DNA of 64,000 nucleotides. Origin: Raillietiella orientalis. Taxonomy: Eukaryota. The number at the start of each line of letters is the position of its first letter. Within the stretch, counting starts at the first letter, position 1. The stretch is from positions 1,488,001 through 1,552,000 of the forward strand of contig JAYWIR010000022.1 of assembly GCA_036172245.1 (NCBI GenBank). Reading direction: 5' to 3'. The notes under the pieces were generated by a model. The model saw nothing but the letters and a program-made list of their open reading frames with translations. It was not told where the DNA came from and did no database searches. The position numbers were made by a program, and so were the translations under genes. This document shows, in pieces, positions 14,187 through 26,000 of the stretch.

Positions 14187-14612
14187 AGATCCGCAGATGT
14201 ATGGAAACTTTGCCTCCAGTTTTGCTTATTTGCAATGCGGATCTGCTTGCTAGAATGAACATATTTTTAGCAAGATGCAGTTGTTATTTGTTCATTCAGT
14301 AAACCACCTAATCTATAGTTTTTTCGGCCACAAAAAGTCTTCAGACTAGTGTATTTTCAATGTAGCAGTATACATGTAGAATATGTCTTTCAGTGTCCCT
14401 AGTGAGGTGGGCATTAAGTAGTTCTGAAAGTAACTTTGAGTGTACTTACCACACATCGAAACCAAAGCAAGATGATGTGATTGTCTTTAGTTGTCGGTCA
14501 AATCGCCGTTCTTTCAGAGCATTTCTGATTGCCGTGGACATGGGTTTCGAAAAGTAAATTTCATTTCTTTTGTAAACGCAGCTTAAAATGCGCAAAGCGC
14601 ATGCATCCTCGA

Positions 14613-14645
<33 letters not shown>

Positions 14646-17436
14646 TGTGTAATTCAAGTCTAGAAGTAAGTACCTAGTGCCTGCTTAGTAGTAAGTTCCT
14701 CACGATATTGGTTCATTGAACGGGTAAACTATAAAATTTTCAACGTGCTTTTTGTTTTCGCACATATCTGTTTGCAAACGGACTCTTACGGAGAATCGGG
14801 AAAAAAAAAAAAACGTTTTAGTCGGCCACGAATTCGCTACATGCAGCAGCATGGCCAAAATGAAAACGGCGTACTTGCGAGGTTTTGAATATTTTTTCTC
14901 TTCTTTGTTCTTGGAAAATGCTTGTGGATGATGGCATTATCCGCCTGAATGAGGCTTGAAAAACAAATTTACTGCCAAAGTTCAAGTTGAGATTGGGGAG
15001 GGAGAGGGGGGGGGGGTCGAAATCCTGGTATCGGTCGATTCCGGTTGATGGTGTGTGTTCCCGGTCGAAATTCGTTGGGCATTGGATGAGGACTTCAGAG
15101 TGCAGACCTCGGCATCATTTGGAGATTCATAAAAGCACGAAGACACAGCTACCGATTTCCTTCTGAACAGAAGCTTTCGTTACGTTCTCTTGAACACTGT
15201 TGATTCGCATTTTCTCGTTAGTTCGTTCAAGTTTGGTAGGGTTTGCTTTGTTTTCTCATTTCTCTCGATAATTCTGATCTGTGTTGACAGACCGCACGCT
15301 GTTTTAACGCACAACCCATCACGTGTTAACAGCAACTTTAAAAAGCAGAAGTGTTGGCTTGTGTTGCGATGTGTTTCTTGGGTGTGTGTGTGTGGGGGGG
15401 GGAGGGGGAACCTACGACTGATTGTGGCACGAATATGGAATTAGCAGTCCAATTCAGACATTTATTTCATTTTTACTGTATCCACTGAAAGAATGCAAGT
15501 AATTTTCCGTTTTAGTGTTGGTATGATAATGGCGTCGTTCCCGATCAGCAACGATCCTGCTTGAAATAGCCTTATCTCGTTTTCAGGACGAAATTATCAT
15601 TCACTTTTACGTTTTATCGAGTAAAACTCCCTTTTTAAAAAAGGGGAATCCACGTCGACTCGTTCGTGCTTTCTGAATTGACAAGATTTGGGGGCAAAGC
15701 TTTCCGACTTTTTTTTTTTTCTTTTACCTTCTTGTGTTCTTACCGTGCACTTGGTGGCGAAAATGTCACTGCCATTGATTCGAATAACCGACGAATTTTG
15801 TGCACCGAGAAGCTGCTTCCGAAAGCAAATGTGTGTACACCCACAAATTGGGAAACACCGTTCGACTACCGCCTTTCGTACTTGAAAAAACATCTGCGCG
15901 AAAATTTCTGGTTTGGGTTTCATTTTGTTGTGAATCCTAAAAAGGTATGGTATAAAATGTACCTTAGTCCTCGGAAGATGATTACGCCTAAGAGCTGATG
16001 ATTTTCAGTCGAGGATCGACGCCGGATCCTTTTTTTTCCTTTTCTCTTCAAGATAAAGCATTAATCGCATTCATCGGAATCTTGTAAATACTTTTTCCAC
16101 GAAAAGATATTGGAAGATAAAAGATATTTCACTTGCAAATGAGTTTTTGTAAGGAGAATGTTTTGAGGCCATAGTCTAGGATGATGAAATTTGGAGAAAG
16201 GATTTTGTACCAAGTTATTTAGAAAGCGTACGATTAATAGATTGATCTTTCCCACAAAATTCCGTTTGTACTTGCAAATTTCTTTCTTTCTTTTTTTTTT
16301 TTTTGAAAAAGAAATCGTACAGCAGCATTTTGGTTAACGGTGCGTTTAAGATACTGTCGTTTGATAGCCATAGGATGTGTTTGTTTACGTGACTTTCCAG
16401 TGAAAGTATGTTGACGTAACTTTCATGTGTTACCACGCTTGTTTGAACCCTTTAATCGGCGGTAATGCAAGCGGTATGAATGAGATCGTTTCTGTTCGTG
16501 ATTTTGCCCGTAATCCATAGGGAAGTCGATTTTCTATCTTTAATTACGTGGTTCCGCCTTACTTTGCAAGTGCCAGTATCTCTTTAATTTGGGCTCTTGC
16601 AAAGTTCCGCTGTCAGCGAATTTAAAAGGAAAAGTTGGAATCTTCTCTATTTAGAGCTTGCAGATGTTAGTTAGTTACCTGCTGTGTCCACGAAATGCAT
16701 AAATCTAGACCTGTTGAAGTCATGTCATTGATTCATATCGAAGGCGCCAACCATTTCTAGGAATTTTCGTTGAGGTCACCAATATTGAGTGCTTTGTCCC
16801 CACGTAACTGCTGTTAAATCATGGGTGGGCGAGAAGGGAAGATGTTTTTGTTTGTTATTCACAACTTTGTTCTTCAAGTTCAAGTTGCCCTGAAAGCAAA
16901 AGTAACATCGACTTATGCACGTATGTCGGTGTCAGTGATACTCGACGTGCGGTTGTGTTTACGTCATGCTTGCACTTGGTAAATTGAGAAAGAAACCCAA
17001 AGAGATGCTTCATTCGAAGAGAGTTCGCTTTAAACGATTGGATCCCAGCACATGAGTTCCGTATCCGTATTTGAAAAAAGATTCCCAGTTGGTTCAGAGT
17101 CCGTTTTTTGTTTCATTGGAGTTGGAACGTTGGATAGGTCGTAGGAGCAGAAAATCCATGGCATTGGGGAGGATGAGAGTCTGAGAGATGGTTGAGGGGT
17201 TCGTATACGTATAGCTCCATCTTGTAGGTTCACCGGAGAGCCTTAGTCAGTGAACTGTAACTTACCGATACACGGCTGTTGATTGCAGAAGTCTCGAATT
17301 TGGTAGACGTAATGTTAGTGAACATTTATTCCTAAATGAATTTTACTTATTTGTTTTTAGAGCGAGATACTACAGCGGTGGTTGGACTGATTGGGCTCAA
17401 CAGACAGGTCAAACACTTAAAGTACGTCAAAATTGA
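13021..17436 (+). CDS. Single-domain rhodanese / thiosulfate sulfurtransferase (TSTD1/TSTD3/Hsp67Bb-like) with basic N-terminal extension; two isoforms of about 194 and 193 aa
   Basis: Exons 13021-13186, 13646-13825, then 13935-14097 OR 14394-14553, then 17361-17436. Motifs LVDVRDPQELEEYGRIPRSINIP and C-terminal ARYYSGGWTDW. N-terminus is K/R/S-rich and nearly acid-free, like a mitochondrial presequence. Confidence 0.9.
13935..14097 (+). CDS. Rhodanese alternative exon 3a (no catalytic Cys)
   Basis: tttag acceptor, gtaagt donor, 163 nt, phase 1 to 2; encodes LTELKSSLEFGEEAFRRIFQVPKPSYESKHLILFGQGPNQGITALEIAHKVGFKK with no stop. Confidence 0.88.
14151..14181 (+). repeat. (GT)n microsatellite downstream of exon 3a donor
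   Basis: Uninterrupted gt repeat of about 15 units. Confidence 0.95.
14394..14553 (+). CDS. Rhodanese alternative exon 3b (catalytic Cys loop CRSNRR)
   Basis: tttcag acceptor, gtaaat donor, 160 nt, phase 1 to 2; encodes LSLVRWALSSSESNFECTYHTSKPKQDDVIVFSCRSNRRSFRAFLIAVDMGFEK with no stop. Confidence 0.88.
14613..14650 (+). repeat. poly-T followed by (GT)n downstream of exon 3b donor
   Basis: Run of about 20 t followed by about 9 gt units. Confidence 0.95.
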
Positions 17437-19285
17437 TCGGATTACTACCACCATTGATATTCATCTTCTGAGAGCATCGCGTATATTTGTGCAAATCCTG
17501 CAGTGATCAAGTATCTGTTTTTCTCAAATTTGGGGATGAACGGGAAGTATCGCATTCCTGTGCTTCAGAAAACAAAATAAAAAAGTATCCTAGAAAACTC
17601 CCTTTTTGGATGCGGGGCTGTGGCTTGGGTTGTGGAAAATAAATCGATTTTTCGCCAGCTGCAATTGAAACAGTTCCTTGTTTATGTATGGAAGGAGAAT
17701 GTTGTGAAGAAACACGTACGTGCAACTGATGCTTTCCTGACGTGCGCCAACATTGGGAAACTGGATGGGAAAGACTCAGGGATTGATTGCTTCCTACATC
17801 GATATTCCCCGGACACGCCATTAGTAATCACTCTGAGCACTGTGGCTTCATCCGGTCTGTGATAGTTTCCGGGAAAAAGATTCAAACATCCATATTTCGT
17901 CAAGGAAATCATTGAAGCTTTTACTTTGGAGGGAATTACTTTCTTAATGATTCCTTGCTCATTAGCACACGCACGCGGGGAAGCTCCGATCAAGTGCCTC
18001 GCAGAGACCAAATTCGAGTTAGGGTGTCCGTTGGGAAGATTTAAGTTAGTGAAGTAGCAGACCGATGAGCGTTTCAGAACTTTTTCCGCTTTCACCTACG
18101 TTGACATTTGTTTCATAGTTGTAGCTCATAATGATGTGTCTGTCTTGTGGCACACGTAAGTGTAAGAGTGCGTGGATGTGTGTCTGTATCAGCGTGTGTG
18201 CATGTATCTATATTGAAAGAGGATGCTAAAGAGATCATAATTTGCAGTTCGTGTTTCTGTCATCATTTCCAAAGTCTCATCCATATAAGTCAATCTGGTG
18301 GAAGGTTTCCACGGTTACTTGTCAACCACGTGCATGTCCTGGGCAGCTTGTTGGGGCGAAACGTAAATTTTCCGTGCGTAAAGTGACATCATCCATCTTC
18401 ATTGTACAATTCTCTTTTCGTGTATGATATTCATCCTGAGTTTTTCATATCCCCGTAATACCATCAGTTGCTTTGAGTGTTCTGGGGGCAAGAACGAGTC
18501 AAGTATGTGACATCATTGGATAAAACTCCAGAATATTTTGACGGTTATCTCGTTTTGTTTGCACCAGTGACTATAGGAATAGGAATCTAGGCGATGCTAA
18601 ACTATTGTGTGCGATTAGAAGATAAAATTAAGGTCAGATGAGTTGTTGAATGAGCGATGTGTGTCATCTTATCGAAAAGTGCCTGTTCTTGTCCTCACAT
18701 CAAAGACGGTCAGCTTCTTAAATTGGAGGAAATTGAAAAAGTAGTGGGAAAGGTGTGCTTGATAAAACGTAAGGATTGTATTTCATGCATAATTCGTCAC
18801 TCCGTGGGATGACTTGCAAGTCGTGGTACGGAGCCAGTAATCATTATGGTATTGCATGCTGTGCTGTTGAACGGAAACACATGCTCAAAAGCAAGTTTTT
18901 CGTCGAACCTAGTTACTAGGTTTGTCAGTGTCCCACGATGATGCCTCGTTTAACAAACTGTTGCTGTTAGTACTTATCACAAAGCACAATAGTTCAAACT
19001 GACGCTTGTTTTTAAAATTTGCACAAAATGTTGCAAACATGAGTGGAAAACCAAAGAAAGTGTGAAAAAGTCCTCAGTTTTTTCGTCCTTGTCTGTGTGT
19101 GTGTGTGTGTGTGTGTGGCTGTCCCCTCACCTCCATCTTTTTTTTTTTGTTTTTTGTAACGATTACGCGATCCCTTGGTGCATAACTGAGGTTGGGCTCT
19201 TTGTGCGACTTTATGCATGCTATTGGCTGCGGTATTTTGTGTGCCTGGCTGATTGATATAGTTTCCATAAGAATCATCGAAGAAC

Positions 19286-19483
19286 CACTTTTATGTGGTT
19301 CCACCAGTCAGATTGTAACTTCCGATGGTTGCATCTATAAAACAAGTCATCAAGTCATCAAATCATGGGTTCGTGGAAACAGTTGCTACGTTGCTCTCTT
19401 TGGAGGCTGTTGCACATCAAAGAGGCGGCACCAGTTGAATTTGCAGTCAAGCTTATCACTTGTGGTGGAACCACATAAAAGTG
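19286..19483. mobile_element. 198-bp non-autonomous TIR element (MITE), CAC...GTG termini, possibly CMC (CACTA/Chapaev-type) superfamily
   Basis: Perfect 21-bp inverted repeats cacttttatgtggttccacca (19286-19306) and tggtggaaccacataaaagtg (19463-19483), flanked on both sides by aac (19283-19285, 19484-19486), a candidate 3-bp TSD. Confidence 0.6.
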
Positions 19484-22400
19484 AACAGAAGTGTACAAAA
19501 GACCATGAATGTCAGAATATGTCAGAATTATATCTGTATATTATATGAAATCTTTCATCAGAAGATGAACCCATTTCAAATGAAAATGTGAAATTTATTA
19601 CTTGCTAAGGGTTTTATAATATCGCTGATAGTGAAATCCATTTTATAGACTCCGTTTGAGGATGTCACGTATCACTATGAAGGTAGATGGCGAATTACTG
19701 AGGTAAATATCGTGGATGCTAACTATGCAGACCAGGGAATTAAGAGGAAAGGCTATTTCTGAGCTTGAGAATACCTAATAGATGTGGAATTCTGCTTCAC
19801 GCTGGGCATCGATTTGCCATCTATTAGGTCGCATGGTCTGCACCTTTAGCCCGCATAATACTTACGTCAGTCATGCGCCACTAAATTCAGAGTGATGAAT
19901 TTTCAAACGACGTTCTTTAGCGTGTCAGTTGTGTCATTTACGAACAAATGCGGGTATCATCAGCATCTTCGCAGTACTATGATGCGACCTTTCTTGTTTG
20001 CTCACGTTAAGGTCTTGGAAGTCTGACTTCCGCGGACAAGGCAAGCAAACGTTTCCTATCGTGCAGCATAATCGCCGTTGATAAGGAGACCAACACAGCC
20101 TCAACTCGGAGAGAAGGCTGTTACATTGTATTCTACAATAGGAGGAACTGTTTTCCTCGGAACGCATTTCCAAAACTCTTACGAACACTGGAAAAAACAG
20201 TGCGTTGCTCAAAGAGAATGGATTATTAATGCCATCGTATCTACTGTTACAGTTCACACACACAAAAGTGCATAGGGGAAGATTGACTACTGCAACCAGA
20301 ATTGGCCAGTCTTGGCTGCGAGAACCCGGCACTTTACTACTGCAACACAAGCAGCCCACATTTTCTGATATGAGCCAGCGTGGGGAACCTGCAGTCCACG
20401 AGACCTGTTTATAGGGCCCGTCGGGTTTTTCGAAATTGGAATTAGCCTACAGCCATGCTGCATACCCTGAAAGCAAACAGTGAAAATTCACCGTGAATAC
20501 CTTCCGGTTATGCAAAGCGGTCTAACGTAACACGGGATACTTCAGACAAATATCCAATAAGCACTTTCCTTAAAAATGTGTGCCTTGGTTACTACATATA
20601 GGCGCAAGCAGGTTTTCGCAAGAACAGCCATAGCAAAACGTAAAAATAGGAGTAGCCTTTGCGTACGAAAATCTTTGCAACCAACCTCGCATTGGTAACT
20701 CGTAATCGCATGTCTGATATAAACAAGCTTGTCCAAGAGAAACTAATACAAAAATCTAGTGGAAGTACATGTGCAATCAACCATAATGGTGTGCAGAAGT
20801 TATAGTATCAAAATGATAAGAAATCATTTTGTTCGATTAGTCTTTTGTTGAAAAAGAAATAGATAGCTAGTTTATAAAAGACACTTTATAGATACGCTCA
20901 TTGAAGTGATGTAGAAAGGATGTGGCACGAAGGAATTCGTCGATCAACCAGGGATGAACGTGTCAAAGATATCTTCCTTCTGCCACAGCTTCCCATGGAA
21001 GCTCCAGAGGAGTGACCGGGATGATTCGGAAGCGATCTTTATTTAGCTCCACAGGTCCTTCTACCCGAGAAACGGGTCATTAGTGATAAATCATTCTTAA
21101 GGAGAACCAAAAAAAAACAAACATGTAAAGGGAGAGATTTTATTCATTTCAAGCTATCACTCTGAAAGAGCTTCTGTTCCTCCTGTTTTTGTCTTTTGAT
21201 TGTTTTTTTTTGTTGTTTTCATTTGGAGCGATTACCCAGCCGATGCTTCTAATATACATCACGGCTACCGTAGTGCGCTCACACAATTTCTTAATTGGTG
21301 TGTTGCTCCCGTTGTGAGGATTTTCATTATTCGGCGCAACTTTTTTTCCTGTCTCTGATTCATCTTCCTTGGAGCCCAGCCTCTGCACTGATAATTGGGG
21401 TACACAAATAACCTAATTGGTAAATTGAGTCCCCCCCCCTCCCTTTCCCCCATCCCTTTCGTCGCAGCACCGTCCTCCCCCCTCCCTCTCCAGAATAACG
21501 ACAGAAGCCGACTGGAAAGATGGGAGATCACCTGCTAATCTCAGGAACTCCTCTGCGGGTGGAGCGCACTCCAAATGGCCGACGCGGTCGCACGACATAT
21601 TCCTTTTCGAAAGACTTCTTCCCCGGACAGATCTTCTGGGAATCCCCCAGGAAGATACGAGGGTCCCCGCCCAGTTCCGCGCTCCCCCTCAAGTGACAGG
21701 ACCCGGCGGGCTCTGCTCTGTGACGCTCGGCAACACCATTCTCACCCGGCGATTCCGATGCGCTTCTTTACCAAAAAGAAAAATAAGCAAAGTAGGACGT
21801 GGATCCTGCGAGACCTTATGAGTTCGGGAAGGGGTACGAAGCCACCGACCCGCAGGTCGGCCGCACAGAGGGATACAGGGAAGGCACAATAAAGAGAAGG
21901 ATGGATAAGGGAAAGAGGGCAACAGCTTGCTTCAGCCACGAGCTCTGCAACCTGCGTGTGATGCAGGCGGCATCCTCCTTCAGTCGCTGTTGCAGGCGAG
22001 GTCCACTTCGATACACTCTGCGTCACCGAGGAGGCAACAGGTCGGCAGGCTTCTTCGCTTCCTGCTGACGCGCCTTCTGTGTGCGCTGAGATCCTCCTGA
22101 CGCAACGCGGGGCTACAAAGTGGACGCGGCAGACGACGAAAGACCCTGGGTGAAGCAGCGCCGCAGCAGCTCCCTCCAAGTGCCTTCAGCGTGGAGCAGG
22201 GCAGCCACGAGGCGTTCCCGGATTCTTTGAAGGGCGCCACAGTCCAGTGCAAAGGTCGTAAGCGCGCAGACGTCTCCGCTCACCTGCACCCAGCCCATCT
22301 CGGGCGGACTCCCGCCCTTTGCCGAGCAGTGTCGGCGCCTATTGCTCGGGAAGCTCCAGTGCACAAACAGCAGAGCCTCTTGCTCATCAGGGGCAGTGCG

Positions 22401-23379
22401 CGTAGGTGTGCGAGCAAATGGGAGGGATCACAACTTCCGAGGGCGCAAAGCAGAGCCCTCCCTAAGCGCAGTCACCGCGTGCCTCCGCGTCCGCCAGCTG
22501 GCCCTCTGGTCCACTCTTGCTACGGCTCTCGGAATTCACCTTGCCAGCTGGAAACTGCCGTTTCTCTCCCAGAGGGTGGACAACGACGCGACTTAGGGAG
22601 TGGAGGTGGCTCGGACCCACATCCTCTGGTTTCATTTCACTTCCCCCAAGCAGACCGCTCCCAGATTATGGGATGGGTCGAATCAGAAGTGTCAGACCTT
22701 GGAATGCGGACCTAGGCTACTGCATCCTGCCTCCATGCGCTGTATTTTGCGGGACGAGATGAGATCCATTGGTGCTCTCCCCACAGGGAGGCGATCTTCC
22801 TCAGCGGGAACTCAAGGGACTTCGTCCGCTCTCGGTCGTGACGAAACAAGGACTTCATTCCCTCACAACCGACCGCATGCTTCAGGATCTCGCGCGCAGG
22901 CAGGCACCGATGCCGCGTACAGTTTTCGGCCATTGAGACCATAATTCCGAAGGGAAGTTGCGGCTGGCTCCATCTTCCTCAACGTTAGGATGCCGAGACC
23001 TGCATTCCTTCTCGGCGAGATCTTTATGGCGAACCTTCGCCCTACAAAGACTCATAGGGCTTTCTGAATTAGGCCGTTCGTTTCATGTCTCTCCTCGATT
23101 GGACCCATGGAAGCGAAAAGAAGAGGACGGAGAAAGGAGACAGCGAAAACTCCGTATTGAGGTCCATTCCGGGAAGCGAAACTTGCTTCTTGGAATGGAG
23201 TCAGCGCCATTCCTTCCTTCTGGAGGTAACCGGACGGGACTTACGCGGGGCAGAAGTCTCTTAGGGCACTCCAAGGCATTTCCTTCTTGGACCTTGTTTG
23301 GATCTGTTTTGCCAGAGTGATGATGCTCCTTGTGCGGACACGCAGGATGGAGCAGAAGGACCATGCCGATGCGCTCTAG

Positions 23380-26000
23380 GCTCAATGCACCTCAGATTTA
23401 GCGCGAGGATAGAAGAGGCCTTCGGAGCTCGAAATTTGGGAAAACGCTGGCAAGACGAAGTGCTCGATTTCCGGAGATGCACATGAGGGTGGAGGTTGCA
23501 CCCCCTTTTCCTGAGAAACGGGAAAAGGGTTTGTTTTCCTTGGCTGAAAAGCGACCAGGAGACCGTGCGATGGATGTTGGAAGCAGGAGATGATGGAGTT
23601 CTCCCAACAAGAATGGCAACTCGTATTCCAGGAAAACGGGAAGGAAGAGAAGAGTCATTACAATGGAGGCACAATTCCGAAAGCGGATCTGGCCAGGACT
23701 TCGCTAGCGTCGCTCCCCGTCTGTCCCGTGGAGTCTGTGGCTTCTCCAAACGCAGACAGCTGTAGAAGGATGCGTCCGCGGAGCCCTGAGCTGGGGATCG
23801 CGGGTGAACTGGCTTCTCTCACCCAGGAGCATCAGGAGGAAGGTCCCTGTGTGCTCCTTGAAGGAAGGAAATCGTGGAGAGTGGACCGCTTTCTCGTAGC
23901 AAGGGATGGGAACGCCGCCTTCGCTCTTTTGCTCCCACGCTTTCAAGCGCCGTGGGGACTAAGAATGCCAGCGAGGACTCACGGGGAGAACAGGCACGGT
24001 TGGAGTGCCTATCAAAGAGGAAGTGCTTCTTGAGTCCTTTCCCTGGTACCCCCTGAATTTCCCTAGAGTCATCACCACGTTTACAGCGGGCATGCAGCCG
24101 TCGCAGCAGCCAGCACTTAGCTAACGTCCCTGGTCCTCCCTTTCCTAAAGAAGACAGGAGCATTCGCTATTCCTCGTCAGGGGCGTCTAGGAGACGAGAA
24201 CATTATAGTGGAAGTTCCGGAAAGGCATAAGCAGACAGGAGTGCCTCCATAAGGACGTGAGAGTGCTTTCGCTTCCTTCCTTCCTCCCTCTTGTGGTCTT
24301 CGTCCACACATGAGTGAGAGGGTAAGGGGGAGGATACTGGAAAATCTAGGTCTTGGAGTCCTCCATTTACCTCCACCTACGCTCCCCTCCAGCACATTGG
24401 ACGGGTTCCTTCAGTGTTTCTTTCTCCCGGATGCAGATCACCACGGCCAAGGCAAAGGCAGCACAAGGAACCTCATGGGCCTCCCTGGGCGCAGTCCTCG
24501 CGGCAGGTCCGCCGAGGAAATGAAGAGATCCTCCGGGATGTTGCCTTGGCAAGCACCCGGATGAGCGTCGGTGGAATGGAGCTCGCGTCTCTTCCCCGGG
24601 GCAATACTCCCTTTACACGAGTTCTGGTGCGGACCTCCCAGAACCCATCTACGGACCGGTAGGAGAGCACTCACCTTGTTCCTGAAACGGGATTCGGTCT
24701 TGCGTCTGAGGTCGCCCACAAGCTCTCCCACTTCTTGTGGATAGGGTGAGGAGAAAATCGGATAGATGCAGGGGGAAGGGGACAGGTATTCATGGCGGGA
24801 CCAAGGACCTTACGGTCTCGAGATCGCGCGCCGTCATTTCTTCCCGTCCTCCTCGTCGCAAGGAAGGCTCGTTTTTCCCAGAGGAATCTGCTATCCCGTC
24901 CGTCATCTTTCCCTCACCACCTCGAGATCCTTTCATCGCGGGTTTATCTACTATTCCCGGAAGGATGCTCAAAGGACATATTGTTCTCGTTCCTCCACCC
25001 CTCTTTCCTCCTTGGGAGGAAGGTGCTTCAGGGGGACGCCACCTCCTCCCGAGTTCTTCCCTTCCCTTCCTTAGCTTACCGTTTGGAATAGACAGGGACG
25101 AATGAAGGGTGTCGTTCCGTCAAACTCTACAAGACAGAGGCGCTTGGATGGACTGGGTAGGGGCTCTCAGGTGATCCTCACCAAGATCCCGACGGTGATG
25201 CAAGATCGCGAGTTCTCGAGGAGACACTGCCGGACTGCCTCTTTTTGTCAAGCTTCGCACATACCACCTCCTTTTTTCCGGTACGGAGATCTTTTTATCA
25301 CGAAGATTCATCTTTTCGCCTCTCATTCCTGAACGCGGGACGTGGAGGGGCTGAGGAAAGCGGTGTGTGCTACCCTCAGCAATTCCAAGGGACCCTTGAG
25401 CTCGCCTTGCTCCTCCTCTCACCTTCACATCCCAAAGCCGCCACCTAGCTCGTTTGCATGTCGCGTAGAAATCGGCAAGAGACTCCTTTTCTGTTTTATC
25501 CCGAGTTCTCCGCGAGAGGGAGCATGCGACGTTTCGTCTCCCGTAATCGCGACCTGAGCACGTCTCCGCCAGTCCTGAAGGAAGGAAAAGGAAGAAAAAG
25601 GGGCAATAATAGCAGTAGCAGCAGTGCGAAGGAGGACGTGAAAGGAAGACTCCTAGAAGAGGAGCGGTTTCTCTGGGAAGGAAAGCGGTTCTCGAAGCGA
25701 TCTTCTGAGTGTGTGTTCTCAGGATTCGCCAATGTGTTCATTCTGGAACGGATGGATGTCTCTGGCACTCATGAATGGATTCATCAGTTGCTCTGTCCCT
25801 CCTCGCAGGGGCAATCTCCTTCCCCTCTCGTGCCGTTGTCATGGACTCGAACCTCCTCCTTCCTAGCTCTCTCCTTTTGTCTCTGTCAACGACGATGTCA
25901 CAAAGTGTTGCATTGACCAAACACAGACCTTCTCTCCCTACCCTTAAATACCTCTTAAAATTTGTGTTCTGGAGCTCCCAGTCTCACAATTGAGCCCTGC
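23380..26000 (+). pseudogene. Decayed ADAMTS-like (M12B reprolysin) metalloprotease gene with introns
   Basis: Degenerate motifs in ADAMTS order: EAFG and HYNGGTI...SLASLPVC (propeptide, ~23410-23720); AIL/frameshift/FTR and ETGFGLASEVAHKLSHFLWIG-intron-IHGG (catalytic HExxHxxGxxHD remnant, 24600-24800); GAWMDW...FSRRHC (TSP1, ~25140-25230); LRKAVCATLSN...LVC (Cys-rich, ~25350-25460); TFSPYP*IPLKICVL (spacer, ~25927-25971). Stops and frameshifts throughout. Confidence 0.55.

Noticed and set aside
14660..17360. Search for a third rhodanese alternative exon, including ORF 15666-15998
   Set aside because: No phase 1-to-2 segment with rhodanese-like sequence found.
24540..24745. GGMEL...VAHKLSH read as an M1 aminopeptidase (GAMEN/HExxH) remnant
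   Set aside because: Spacing is too long, and the flanking AILFTR-like, GFGLA and TSP1-like motifs fit ADAMTS better.
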